Shown here: in pieces, positions 49,256 to 58,718 of the stretch
Layout: the number at the start of each line of letters is the position of its first letter
Numbering within the stretch: position 1 is the first letter of the stretch
NCBI GenBank assembly: GCA_035464095.1
Contig: DATHSO010000191.1
Span: 1,009 to 65,008, forward strand
DNA from: Candidatus Methylomirabilota bacterium
GTDB lineage: Bacteria; Acidobacteriota; Thermoanaerobaculia; Thermoanaerobaculales; Sulfomarinibacteraceae
Length of the DNA: 64,000 nucleotides
Reading direction: 5' to 3'
Program-made: the position numbers and the translations under genes
The notes under the pieces: generated by a model
What the model saw: only the letters and a program-made list of their open reading frames with translations
The model's database searches: none
Told to the model about the DNA's origin: nothing

Positions 49256-50710
49256 CTATGCGGTGTACGTCCGCGCGGTGGTGTCGCCGCCGCGGCCGGT
49301 CCAGTCGGTGTGGGAGAACTCGCCCCGGGGCCGGTCGACCCGCTCGTAGGTGTGCGCCCCGAAGTAGTCGCGCTGGGCCTGCAGGAGATTGGCCGGCAGG
49401 CGGTCGTGCCGGTAGCCGTCGTAGAACGCGAGCGCGCTCGAGAGTGCGGGAACCGGGATGCCCATGGCGACCGCCGAGGCGAGGACCCGCCGCCAGGCCG
49501 CCTGCGCCTGGTGGACCTTGTCCGCGAAGTAGGGATCCAGGAGGAGGTTGTCGAGGTCGGGATTGGTGTCGAAGGCGTCTTTGATCCTGCCCAGGAAGAC
49601 CGACCGGATGATGCAGCCGCCTCGCCACATCAGCGCGATCCCGCCGTTGTTGAGGTTCCAGCCGTACTCCTTCGCGGCGGCCCGCATCAGCATGTAGCCC
49701 TGGGCGTACGAGACGATCTTGGCGGCCAGGAGGGCCTGTTGGAGGTCGTCGACGAACGCGGCGGGATCACCGCCGAAGCTCGCGCCTGCGGGCCCGTGGA
49801 GGACTCTGGACGCTGCCACGCGCTCGTCCTTGAGAGCCGACAGGAAGCGCGCGAAGACCGCCTCGCCGATGAGGGTCAGGGGGATGCCCATCTCGAGAGA
49901 GGCCATGGCGGTCCACTTGCCGGTGCCCTTCTGTCCGGCGGTGTCGAGGATCTTCTCCACCATGGGCTCGCCGTCGGTGTCCCTGAAGCCGAGGATGTCG
50001 CGGGTGATCTCGATCAGGTAGGAGTCGAGCTCGCCCTCGTTCCACTCGGCGAAGATGGCGTGCATCCGGTCGTGGTCGAGGCCGAGGCCGTCCTTCATGA
50101 GCTGGTACGCCTCGCAGATGAGCTGCATGTCGCCGTACTCGATGCCGTTGTGGGTCATCTTGACGAAGTGGCCGGCGCCGTTCTCCCCGACCCACTCGCA
50201 GCACGGCGACCCGTCCTCGACCTTGGCCGAGATGGCCTGGAAGATGGGCTTGACGTGGGGCCACGCTGTCGGCGAGCCGCCGGGCATGATGGACGGGCCG
50301 GTCCGGGCCCCCTCCTCGCCGCCCGAGACCCCGGTGCCGATGTAGAGCAGCCCCTCGGACTCGACTCGGGCGGTTCTCCGGATGGTGTCGTTGTAGTTCG
50401 AGTTGCCGCCGTCGATGATGATGTCGCCCTCCTCGAGCAGGGGAATCAGCTGGTCGATGAAGGCATCGACCGGTTTGCCGGCTTTGACCAGCAGCATGAC
50501 CCGTCTCGGAGTGGCGAGCGAGTCGACGAGCTCCTCGAGGCTGTGGACCCCGATGATCCCGGTGTCCTTGGCGGTGCCTGCCATGAACTCGTCGACCACC
50601 GAGGTGGTGCGATTGAAGACGGCCACCTTGAAGCCGTGGTCGTTCATGTTGAGGACGAGGTTCTGGCCCATCACCGCGAGCCCGATGAGGCCGATATCCG
50701 CTTGAGTCAT
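49256..50710 (-). CDS. gnd: 6-phosphogluconate dehydrogenase, decarboxylating
   Basis: The start is ATG 50710 (GAGGAGG upstream), giving 484 aa. MTQADIGLIGLAVMGQNLVLNMNDHGFKVAVFNRT and the full-length pattern are typical of Gnd. The longer track ORF to 51163 is an upstream extension through the neighbouring gene. Confidence 0.9.
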   Translation of the reverse strand: MTQADIGLIGLAVMGQNLVLNMNDHGFKVAVFNRTTSVVDEFMAGTAKDTGIIGVHSLEELVDSLATPRRVMLLVKAGKPVDAFIDQLIPLLEEGDIIIDGGNSNYNDTIRRTARVESEGLLYIGTGVSGGEEGARTGPSIMPGGSPTAWPHVKPIFQAISAKVEDGSPCCEWVGENGAGHFVKMTHNGIEYGDMQLICEAYQLMKDGLGLDHDRMHAIFAEWNEGELDSYLIEITRDILGFRDTDGEPMVEKILDTAGQKGTGKWTAMASLEMGIPLTLIGEAVFARFLSALKDERVAASRVLHGPAGASFGGDPAAFVDDLQQALLAAKIVSYAQGYMLMRAAAKEYGWNLNNGGIALMWRGGCIIRSVFLGRIKDAFDTNPDLDNLLLDPYFADKVHQAQAAWRRVLASAVAMGIPVPALSSALAFYDGYRHDRLPANLLQAQRDYFGAHTYERVDRPRGEFSHTDWTGRGGDTTARTYTA

Positions 50711-50715
50711 CGATC

Positions 50716-52005
50716 TTACCTCCTCTTGGTTCCACTCGAGTTTTCGGGTCGGACCCGAAAAAGTCGTTCGCCTGCTCTCGGTACGAGGAGGATTCCCTCG
50801 GCTTCCCGTCCGGCCCACTCCTGCAGCTCGACGGTCGACGGGTCGAGGTATCCGAGACCGATGCGCCGGCACCTCTCCTCCGGGATCCCGGTCGCCAGCG
50901 TGACGTTGATGCGCGCGCGCTCGACGCCGTCGAGGTAGGTGCCCGCCCCGCGCAGGTGAGTGGAGTGGGCGAGGATCCCCCAGGGAACGCGGGCGAAGCG
51001 CTCCCACTGTGCGACGAAGTAGTCGCGCACGTGGTAGCCCACCTCGTCGATGTGCTTGCCGTGCACGAAGGAGACCTCTGTGATGTGGGGGGCGAAGATC
51101 ACGACCTCGCCGCCGTCGGCGACCGCCGGCTCGAGCTTGTACATGCCCTTGGCGCCGGTCCACAGGTCGTCGTACATCCTCGGAACCACCGACAGCACCC
51201 GCCGGAACGGCCGGTCGACCCAGACGATGTCGAGCATTGCCGACAGCTCCGTCGCCCGGCGCCAGGTCTCGTCCATTTCGCCCACGAAAAGACCCCGAAG
51301 ATCATCGCCGTGCATGACCATCGCGACGAGCGATGTCGGCGTCGGGATGAACGACGCGGCGCGGTCGATGAGCCGACGCATGGGGGTGTCGGCAACGCCG
51401 ATGATCTCCTTGCTGGTCAGCAACGCGCCGAGCCAGTGGGTGGCGTCGATGACGGCCTGCCCCGACACACCCGGGACGAAGTACTTGTTACCCCCGGAAA
51501 ACCCGGCCACCTCGTGGGGGAAGACCGGCCCGCAGACGATGAGCTCGTCGTACGGGCGCTCGCCGTTCGGGTCGCCGACCAGCCGGTTGAGTCGCACCGG
51601 GACCTCGAGGTCCATCCGGCCTTCACTCGCGTCGCGGATCTCCTCCGCCGTGATCGTGCCCACGGTGACGAAGGTCTCCTCGAGGTCCCAGCGATGGTTG
51701 AACACCATGGAGGCACCGGTCGAACCGGCGGTCACCGGAACCCCGACCAGGCGCCCGAGAGCCTGCTCGCTCATGGGCGGGTGGGTCCCGAGAGCGACCA
51801 GGAAATCGAGCGCGCCGACCATCGGACCGAGCACCTCGTGGAAGCAGCGGTACATCTCGGGGATCGGCGCCGTCCGGGTGCCGTCCGGGATGATGACCAG
51901 GACCCTCTTGCCGGCGAACCTCGACGCCCCGAGCCCCGCCTCGAGCACGGCGCGCACCTCGTCCCCGGCGAGCGACCGGTCCGCGCGGCAGACGCTCGCG
52001 ACCAC
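50716..52005 (-). CDS. LarA-family (nickel-pincer-cofactor-dependent) 2-hydroxyacid racemase/epimerase-like protein
   Basis: 429 aa. It has the DUF2088/LarA N-terminal pattern GKRVLVIIPDGTRTAPIP and HEVAGFSGGNKYFVPGVSG (cf. the LarA GYSGG.K block). Confidence 0.7.
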   Translation of the reverse strand: MVASVCRADRSLAGDEVRAVLEAGLGASRFAGKRVLVIIPDGTRTAPIPEMYRCFHEVLGPMVGALDFLVALGTHPPMSEQALGRLVGVPVTAGSTGASMVFNHRWDLEETFVTVGTITAEEIRDASEGRMDLEVPVRLNRLVGDPNGERPYDELIVCGPVFPHEVAGFSGGNKYFVPGVSGQAVIDATHWLGALLTSKEIIGVADTPMRRLIDRAASFIPTPTSLVAMVMHGDDLRGLFVGEMDETWRRATELSAMLDIVWVDRPFRRVLSVVPRMYDDLWTGAKGMYKLEPAVADGGEVVIFAPHITEVSFVHGKHIDEVGYHVRDYFVAQWERFARVPWGILAHSTHLRGAGTYLDGVERARINVTLATGIPEERCRRIGLGYLDPSTVELQEWAGREAEGILLVPRAGERLFRVRPENSSGTKRR

Positions 52006-52012
52006 CGCCGCC

Positions 52013-52795
52013 TCAAATGGTCATGGCGGTGAAGCCGCCGTCGACCCGGATCAGCGCGCCGGTGACGAAGCCCGAGGCATGGGGCGAGGCCAACCACACC
52101 ACGGCCCCGGCGAGCTCTTCGGGTTCGCCGAAGCGACTCATGGGGGTGTGGTTGATGATGGCCGCCGTCCGTTCCTCGGTGAGCAGCTTCCGGTTCTGCT
52201 CCGCCGGGAAGAAGCCGGGGGCGATGGCGTTGACCCGCACGTTGTGCGGCGCCCACTCGCGGGCCAGGAACTGGGTCATGTTGTTGACCCCCGCCTTGGT
52301 GATGGAGTAGGTGAAGACCTTGGAAAGCGGCGGGCCCGACGACGCCGACGAGATGTTGATGATCGACCCCCCGTCGCCCTGCTCCACCATCCGCCTGCCG
52401 AACACCTGGCTGGCGAGGAAGTAGCTCGTCAGATTGACGGTGAGCACCCGGTCCCACTCCTCGCGGGTGATCTCGAAGACGGGCGTGCCCGAGTTGATGC
52501 CGGGAGCGTTGAGCAGGATGTCCACCCGCCCCCATCTCGCCACGATCCGGTCCAGCGCCCGGCGCAGGTCCTCGGCGCTGGTGGCGTCGGCCTCGAGCCC
52601 GACGGCGTCGACCCCGGCCGTGCTCTCGATCGATCGGGCCTGTGCCGTCGCGGCATCCCCGAGCAGGTCGAGGATCGCGACCCGTGCTCCGGCCCGACCC
52701 AGGGCCGTCGCCATGGCGCCCCCGAGCACCCCGCCGGCACCGATGGTCACCGCGACCTTCCCTTCGAGGGAGAAGAGATCTTCGAGGTAGCTCAT
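52013..52795 (-). CDS. SDR-family oxidoreductase (UxuB-like mannonate/fructuronate or gluconate dehydrogenase type)
   Basis: ATG 52795 (MSYLEDLFSLEGKVAVTIGAGGVLGGAMATALGRAGARVAILD) overlaps the upstream stop by 1 nt (TGATG). The catalytic region reads ..SSASSGPPLSKVFTYSITKAG... Confidence 0.8.
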   Translation of the reverse strand: MSYLEDLFSLEGKVAVTIGAGGVLGGAMATALGRAGARVAILDLLGDAATAQARSIESTAGVDAVGLEADATSAEDLRRALDRIVARWGRVDILLNAPGINSGTPVFEITREEWDRVLTVNLTSYFLASQVFGRRMVEQGDGGSIINISSASSGPPLSKVFTYSITKAGVNNMTQFLAREWAPHNVRVNAIAPGFFPAEQNRKLLTEERTAAIINHTPMSRFGEPEELAGAVVWLASPHASGFVTGALIRVDGGFTAMTI

Positions 52796-54354
52796 CAGGC
52801 CCTCCCGAACGCTCGGACGTGCCGCTCGAAGTGTCGCACCAGGTTTTCGTGGTGGGCTTCCTCGTTGGACTCGAGACACGCCAGGATCCGATTCTTGAAG
52901 CGCGTCCGACCGTCGCGGTGCCGCTCGGTGAGAACCCGGCCGAAGGTCACGTGGAGCACCTGCCGCGCGTCGTCGTCGTCGAGGAGGTCGGCCAGCTCCC
53001 CGTCGGTGACAGCGGGTCCGGCCGGGACCCGCTCGAGCCGAGCCGAAACGTGGTACGTCCGCCTCTCGTGCTCGTACAGCGAGCGTGCGAAGTCGAGAAC
53101 CTCGCGGAAGAGACCCGGATCGCGTGCCGCGACGGTGCGCAGGGCCTCGAGGTAGCTGGTACCGGCGGTCTTGACGTGAACCCGGCCCCTGCCGAGCTCG
53201 CCGATCACGCGGTAGACGCTGAACTTGTCGCTGCCGGAGTGGATGCTGATCTTGTAGGGGCCGAGGGACTCGGCGATGGTGAGGTGCTTGACATACTCGT
53301 CACGAAAGAGCTCGAGGTCGCCGCGGTAGTCGATCCCCTTCTCGAAGTCGCCGACGAAACGAGGCGCCAGACCGACCCAGCGCACCCCCATCCGCTCGAG
53401 CTCCGAAGCCACCAGCCAGTGCTCGAAGGGCGTCGTCACCGAGGCCGTCTCGTCCACCGAGACCTCGACCTCGAAGGGGCGGTCGCCCATCGTCGCGGCG
53501 ATGTGGTGGTACATCATGGCGGCGTGGGCGATCGCGGCGCCGTACTTGACCCAGGCTCGGCGCACCTCCTCGCGGCTCGGCTCCAGGACCAGATCCGGCC
53601 CGACCCCGATCCTCGAATCATCCCAGCGGGCAAGCGCTTCGTCCGCCGTCGTCCGCAGATCGACCCAGGGCAGAGCGGCCAGGGCCGACTCGAGCTCGGG
53701 CGGCGCCATGACATCGGCAGCATCGACGACGTGATCGCCGGGATCGATGGTGAACATGGTGAAGCCCGCCGCCGCCATCCGGTTGACGTCGGCCGGGTTT
53801 TTGAGGTGATCGGCATCGGCGCCGAAGCCCGACCGCCAGCCTTCCTGGAGCACGGCCCAGAACGCCGCGTCCATGACCTCCCCCGGGGTCCTGTCGGTGC
53901 GTTCGAGCTCGCGGATGGACTGCTGGGCGAGGACGACCTCGAAACCGCTCCCCCGCATGGCCTGCAGGTGAGCCGGGCCGGCGAGGCCGAGGCGGTCGCC
54001 GAGACCGAAGCTGTCCGCGAGACCCAGCGGCTGCGGGCGAGTCCAGCTCAGCACCTCGCGGATGGTGGTGGCGTTCGCCCGGCTCAACGGGCACCGTCGG
54101 ACCTGGTCACGATCGGCATCCGCCCAGCGCAGACAGGTTCCCTCGAGCCGTGTCGCCAGGGGGTCGTCGATGGGGGACACGACGTAGAGCCGGCGTCCGG
54201 GCGTGCCGTGCCCCATGAAGAGCACCGCGCCACCGATGCCGACGACGGATCGAGGGTAGAGATCGAGTGACCGTTCACCCAGAGCCAACGGCACCCGATC
54301 GATGCCTCGCGGAGGCTCCTCGATGAGGCCTTGCAGCGTCTGCCGGAGTTTCAT
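52795..54354 (-). CDS. UxaE-like tagaturonate/fructuronate epimerase family protein (tentative)
   Basis: 519 aa. ADSFGLGDRLGLAGPAHLQAM..LAQQSIRELERT..GFGADADHLK resembles my recollection of the UxaE family. The family call is unverified. Confidence 0.5.
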   Translation of the reverse strand: MKLRQTLQGLIEEPPRGIDRVPLALGERSLDLYPRSVVGIGGAVLFMGHGTPGRRLYVVSPIDDPLATRLEGTCLRWADADRDQVRRCPLSRANATTIREVLSWTRPQPLGLADSFGLGDRLGLAGPAHLQAMRGSGFEVVLAQQSIRELERTDRTPGEVMDAAFWAVLQEGWRSGFGADADHLKNPADVNRMAAAGFTMFTIDPGDHVVDAADVMAPPELESALAALPWVDLRTTADEALARWDDSRIGVGPDLVLEPSREEVRRAWVKYGAAIAHAAMMYHHIAATMGDRPFEVEVSVDETASVTTPFEHWLVASELERMGVRWVGLAPRFVGDFEKGIDYRGDLELFRDEYVKHLTIAESLGPYKISIHSGSDKFSVYRVIGELGRGRVHVKTAGTSYLEALRTVAARDPGLFREVLDFARSLYEHERRTYHVSARLERVPAGPAVTDGELADLLDDDDARQVLHVTFGRVLTERHRDGRTRFKNRILACLESNEEAHHENLVRHFERHVRAFGRA

Positions 54355-54383
54355 CCCGTCCCCTGCCCCATGGCGTTCAGTTC

Positions 54384-54420
54384 ACCATTCATAATTCATA
54401 ATTCATGATTCGAAACTCAT
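54384..54420. repeat. Third copy of the heptad repeat (CACCATT, CATAATT x2, CATGATT, CGAAACT)
   Basis: Read directly. It lies in the 141-bp gap between the epimerase-gene stop (54496) and the UxaE-like start (54354). It has the same orientation as the copy at 49203. Confidence 0.7.
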
Positions 54421-54495
54421 ATCTCCGAGCTCAGTCATCCGCCGGTGTCTCGTTGGAGCCTCGCCGACATGGTAGTGCTCCTGCCGCTGCCGCGG

Positions 54496-55305
54496 CTACC
54501 CGGCCACCGATCGCAGATGATCGATGGCCCGCCGGGCGGCGGTGTCCGCATCGGGCGCCGGCATGAACTCGCCGGAGACGAAGCCCCGGTAGCCGGTGGC
54601 CGCGAGGACCTCGAGGATCCGCCGGAAGTCCAGGTGCCCCGCGCCCGGGTACCACCGGTTGGAGTCGGCGACGTGGAAGTGGAAGATCCGATCGCCCACC
54701 GCCCGGATGGTGTCCTCGATGTCGGGCTCCTCGATGTTCATGTGGAAGGTGTCGAGCAGCAGCCCGAAGCGGTCCGAGCCGACCCGCTCGACCAGGTCGA
54801 GCCCCTGGCGGGCGGTGTGGACGAGGTCGGTCTCGTAGCGGTTCATGGGTTCGAGGGCGAAGCGGACCCCGGTTCCGGCGGCCACGTCGGCACACGCCCG
54901 AATGGCCTCGACCAGGAGCTCCATGGAGCGCTCGTGGCTCTGGCCCTCCGGCGTGATGCCGCGGATCAGGCCGAGGATGACGACTGCGCCGAGGCGCTCG
55001 GCGAGCGGTACGTGGCTCGAGATGCGATCGATCGCCGCGCTCCGTACCGCCTCGTCGTCGCTGGTGAAGGACAGGCCCTCCTCGCCCCAGGCCTGGCCGG
55101 TGCCGATGGCCGGCACCTCCAGGCCCTGGGCCCGGACGGTGCGCTCGAGCTCGCCGGCGTTCACCAGGGAAGGATCCCGCACGGCGAGCTCGACGCCGTC
55201 GTAGCCCAAGCCGGCGATCTTGGCCACGTTGGCCTCGAAGTCGCCCTTGAGGGCCACCGCCTGGAAGGCGGCGGCGTGGGTCGAGAGCACGATGCTCAGC
55301 TTCAC
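54496..55305 (-). CDS. Sugar phosphate isomerase/epimerase (xylose-isomerase-like TIM barrel)
   Basis: GTG 55305 lies 2 nt after the upstream stop, giving 269 aa. It has GYDGVELAV, FALEPMNRYETDL, LLLDTFHMNIEE and FHVADSNR, the typical AP_endonuc_2 / IolO/IolE-like pattern. Confidence 0.8.
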   Translation of the reverse strand: MKLSIVLSTHAAAFQAVALKGDFEANVAKIAGLGYDGVELAVRDPSLVNAGELERTVRAQGLEVPAIGTGQAWGEEGLSFTSDDEAVRSAAIDRISSHVPLAERLGAVVILGLIRGITPEGQSHERSMELLVEAIRACADVAAGTGVRFALEPMNRYETDLVHTARQGLDLVERVGSDRFGLLLDTFHMNIEEPDIEDTIRAVGDRIFHFHVADSNRWYPGAGHLDFRRILEVLAATGYRGFVSGEFMPAPDADTAARRAIDHLRSVAG

Positions 55306-55307
55306 GC

Positions 55308-56480
55308 TCAGTCCTCGCCCTGTCCGATCTTGGGCAGCGCGTACACCGTCTTCCAGCCCTTGCTCAGCGGCTCGCGCAGGAACGGCTCCATCTCCTTGGC
55401 GGAGCGCAGGGTCACCTCCTCCACCGGCGGTACTGTGCCGGCCGGGAAGGCCTCGAGGATCTGGTCGTTGAGCAGCGTCAGGTACTTGAGGATCGCCGCC
55501 ACCGGACGCTTCGCCTTGGCGGCGGTGCCGCGGGTCGACTTGCCGACCACGCCCTCGGGAGTGGCGGCGATCTCGATCGCGAAGTGGCCCTCGCCCTCGG
55601 ACCAGCGGCTCGGCCGGCTGAAGGGGTCGACCGACTTGTCGAAGTGTCCATCCGGCAGGTAGGCCTTGCCCTCGGTGTCCACCGCATACTTCATGTCCAC
55701 CATCTCGGGGTGCAGCAGCAGGCCGAGGGAGGTCTCGGACTCGTCGGCGTGGACGAAGTTGGTGTCCATGCTGCCGCCCTTGGGCGCGGTCCGGAAGAAC
55801 TCGCGGACCGCCCGGTGCCAGTCGATGACCCGGAAGATACCCGGCAGCTGGTAGCGCTTCTGGAACTGCTGGATGGCCGACTCGAGCATCCACAGGTGGC
55901 CGTGGTTGTTGATCAGGATCTGCTTGCGGAAGCCGTCGTTCCAGAGCCCGAGCATGACGTCCATGAGGAGCTCGCGGGCGACGTTTTCGCGGACGATGAC
56001 GGTGCCCGGCATGCCGAGGTGATGGTAGGGGTGCGAGCCATAGTTGAGCGGCGGCAGCGCCAGGTTGCAGGGCGCGCCGCGCTTGGCCGTGTAGCGGCGG
56101 AGACCTTCGAGGATCTGGCTCACGTACAGGGTGTCCGAGGCGCTCGGGAGGTGGCGCCCGTGCAGCTCGGTGCAGCCGATGGGGATGAAGACGATGTCGT
56201 TCTTCCTCCGGTTGGCCTCGACCTGGTGGCGGACCGTGGTCTGGATGTAGGAACCCGACTTGCCCCACTCGCAGGGCGACGGGATGCCGTACTCGGCGAG
56301 GATGGCATCGATCTCGGCGTCGGAAGCGTCCCAGACCTCCTTCTTGCAGCGGCCGACGGTGTTGTCCTCGAAGAAGAGGTCGGGCTGGTCGGTGGCGAGC
56401 AGCCCCGGGTTCTCGGACGAGACGCTCTTCTTCGGCTTGCTCTTTTTCGATTGGACCTTTTTCACGGTTTCGTGCTCCAT
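55308..56480 (-). CDS. Creatininase-family metal-dependent hydrolase with Lys-rich N-terminal extension
   Basis: 390 aa with GGAGGA upstream. VFIPIGCTELHGRHLPSASDT matches the creatininase-family G..E.HG.HLP..TD motif. The N-terminus MEHETVKKVQSKKSKPKKS is unusual. Confidence 0.7.
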   Translation of the reverse strand: MEHETVKKVQSKKSKPKKSVSSENPGLLATDQPDLFFEDNTVGRCKKEVWDASDAEIDAILAEYGIPSPCEWGKSGSYIQTTVRHQVEANRRKNDIVFIPIGCTELHGRHLPSASDTLYVSQILEGLRRYTAKRGAPCNLALPPLNYGSHPYHHLGMPGTVIVRENVARELLMDVMLGLWNDGFRKQILINNHGHLWMLESAIQQFQKRYQLPGIFRVIDWHRAVREFFRTAPKGGSMDTNFVHADESETSLGLLLHPEMVDMKYAVDTEGKAYLPDGHFDKSVDPFSRPSRWSEGEGHFAIEIAATPEGVVGKSTRGTAAKAKRPVAAILKYLTLLNDQILEAFPAGTVPPVEEVTLRSAKEMEPFLREPLSKGWKTVYALPKIGQGED

Positions 56481-57505
56481 TCTGGTTCCTCCGGCGAGCC
56501 GCTGGCAAGCGAGCGCCGGGCGGCGAGCGCCACCGACAGCGTCCCACGCGCCTCGGCGGCGCCGACCGGGTTCGGTAGGTTGTCTTTGACGCAGGCGACG
56601 AAGGCCTGGAGCATGGTGACGAAGGCCTCGCCCATCCGCTCCGGGGTGGTGTGAATCGTGTCGTGGTGGACCCCGGTCCGGTCGAGGAGGCGCACCGGCG
56701 TGCGCCGGAGGCGGCCGATCTGCACCGCCCCCTCCTCGCCGATGACCTCGCCTCGGAGGTCATGGCCGTAGCGTGTGGTCCGGCTGGCGCACAGGGTGCC
56801 CAGGGCGCCGCCCGCGAAACGGGCGTTGACCACCGCGGTGTCGACGTCGCCCACCGCCCCGACCTCGGGGGCGATGAGGGCGCCCCCGTTGGCGAAGACG
56901 CTGACGATCTCGTCGTCCATGAGCCAGCGACCGAGGTAGATGTCGTGGTACATGGAGTCGACGATCAGGCCCCCACTGACCGCGAGGTCGGCGAAGTCCG
57001 GCTTCGGCGGGTCCATGTCGCCGCTCAGCGAGCGGTAGAGCAGCGGCCGGCCGATGGTGCCGGAGTCGATGATCCGTTTGGCCTCGCGATAGCCGCCGTC
57101 GAAGCGCCGGACGTGCCCGACCATCAAGGTGACCCCGCTCGCAGCGGCGGTGCGAGCCGCACGGTCGCAGCCTTCGAGGTCGAGGGCGAGGGGCTTCTCG
57201 CACAGGATGTGGAGGCCGGCGCTGGCGCAGGCTTCGACGTTGTCCATGTGCGCCGAGGTGCTCGACGAGACGACCACCGCATCCAGGCGCTCGCCCTCGA
57301 GCAGGTGGTCGAGGCGCTCGTACACCGACACGACGCCGCAGCGCCGGCGGGCCTCGGCGGCCCGCTCGGCGCTGGACGTGGTGACCGCGACCAGGCGGGC
57401 GCCGCGAACGCGGTGGGCAAGGTGCTCGGCGTGGGTCATGCCCATGCGACCGACGCCGACCACGGCGACGCGGAGCTCGTCCTGAGTCGAGGGTGTTCTG
57501 TTCAT
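56462..57505 (-). CDS. Gfo/Idh/MocA-family NAD(P)-dependent oxidoreductase
   Basis: 347 aa with the Rossmann motif LRVAVVGVGRMGMTHAEHL and an EKP motif (ILCEKPLAL). Confidence 0.8.
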   Translation of the reverse strand: MNRTPSTQDELRVAVVGVGRMGMTHAEHLAHRVRGARLVAVTTSSAERAAEARRRCGVVSVYERLDHLLEGERLDAVVVSSSTSAHMDNVEACASAGLHILCEKPLALDLEGCDRAARTAAASGVTLMVGHVRRFDGGYREAKRIIDSGTIGRPLLYRSLSGDMDPPKPDFADLAVSGGLIVDSMYHDIYLGRWLMDDEIVSVFANGGALIAPEVGAVGDVDTAVVNARFAGGALGTLCASRTTRYGHDLRGEVIGEEGAVQIGRLRRTPVRLLDRTGVHHDTIHTTPERMGEAFVTMLQAFVACVKDNLPNPVGAAEARGTLSVALAARRSLASGSPEEPEWSTKP

Positions 57506-57511
57506 GGGTCC

Positions 57512-58669
57512 TCAGTTGGGGTGGACCATGATCTTGCCGTCGGTCCGCTCCACCGACTTGGCGATGGCCTCGACCGTCTTGGCGAGGTCGTAGTGCGCGG
57601 TGACGATGGGGCTCAGGTCGAGCCGGCCCGACGCGACCAGGCGGATCACGTTCGGGAAGTTCTCGTGGCCCGAGTGCCCCTGCGCCCCGAAGGCCTGGGC
57701 GCGCCGGACCTGGAAGGTCTCCAGGTACATGGGCACGCGCTGGGCGGCGCGGCCGATCTGGACGACCTTGCTGTTGATGGCGAGCGCCTTCTCCATCTCC
57801 GGGATCGAGCGCTCGGGCACCCCCGCCGCCTCGACGTGGAAGTCGAAGCCCTCGCCCTTGCTCAGCTCCATCATCACCTCGCTCGGCACCACCTCGCGGG
57901 GGTCGTAAACGAAATCGGCGCCCACCGCCTTGGCGAGCTCCCGCCGCTGCGGTGAGACCTCGAAGGCGACGATGATGCCGGCGCCGCCCGCCTTGGCGAG
58001 ACCGACGGCGGCGAGCCCGATGGGGCCGGCGCCGACCACGTTGACGTAGTGGCCCGGCTTGAAGCCGCCGGCGCGGGTGAACATGGCGTTGTAGGCGACG
58101 CACGACGGCTCGGTCAAGGCGCCCATCGTGTAGGCCATCTCCTCGCTGCCGAAGCGCTCGGCGATGGCGTCGATCTTCCAGCAGAACTTCTCGTCCACCG
58201 CGATGAAGTTGGCGAAGGCGCCCGGGATGGTGAAGCCGATCTCCTCGAGGTTGGTGCAGTGATTGGGGTAGCCGTTGCGGCACGGCGTGCAGCGGCCGCA
58301 CCAAATCATCTCTTCGACCGTCACCATGTCGCCGACGTTCAGCATCGAGACCTCGGAGCCGATCTCGACCACCTTGCCCGAGAACTCGTGGCCGAGGATA
58401 GTCGGAAACTTGGTCAGCCCGGGGTAGAGGATGTAGTTGTCCTTGTCGGTCTCGTAGAAGTGCATGTCCGAGCCGCAGACCCCGCAGGCCTGGACCTGGA
58501 GCAGGACCTCCTTCGGGCCGGGCTTGGGATCGGGCCAGTCCCTGACCTGGAGCGTCGGGTTGTGCCAGATGGCGTTGCCGGTGATGGCCTTGCCGGTCTT
58601 CTTCTCCCAGTCCGAAACCACGTAGTCCGGCTTCGGCTCCCACTTCGCGTCCAATACCATGCCTTTCAT
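57512..58669 (-). CDS. Zinc-dependent alcohol/polyol dehydrogenase (MDR family; scyllo-inosose-dehydrogenase-like)
   Basis: 385 aa with AGGAGGA upstream. It has the zinc motif ACGVCGSDMHFYE, the structural-Zn cysteines CGRCTPCRNGYPNHC, and the NAD fold VVGAGPIGLAA. Confidence 0.85.
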   Translation of the reverse strand: MKGMVLDAKWEPKPDYVVSDWEKKTGKAITGNAIWHNPTLQVRDWPDPKPGPKEVLLQVQACGVCGSDMHFYETDKDNYILYPGLTKFPTILGHEFSGKVVEIGSEVSMLNVGDMVTVEEMIWCGRCTPCRNGYPNHCTNLEEIGFTIPGAFANFIAVDEKFCWKIDAIAERFGSEEMAYTMGALTEPSCVAYNAMFTRAGGFKPGHYVNVVGAGPIGLAAVGLAKAGGAGIIVAFEVSPQRRELAKAVGADFVYDPREVVPSEVMMELSKGEGFDFHVEAAGVPERSIPEMEKALAINSKVVQIGRAAQRVPMYLETFQVRRAQAFGAQGHSGHENFPNVIRLVASGRLDLSPIVTAHYDLAKTVEAIAKSVERTDGKIMVHPN

Positions 58670-58718
58670 GACTGATATCCTCCTGTATCACCGGCCGCGC
58701 GCAGCGCACCGGTGTCGT

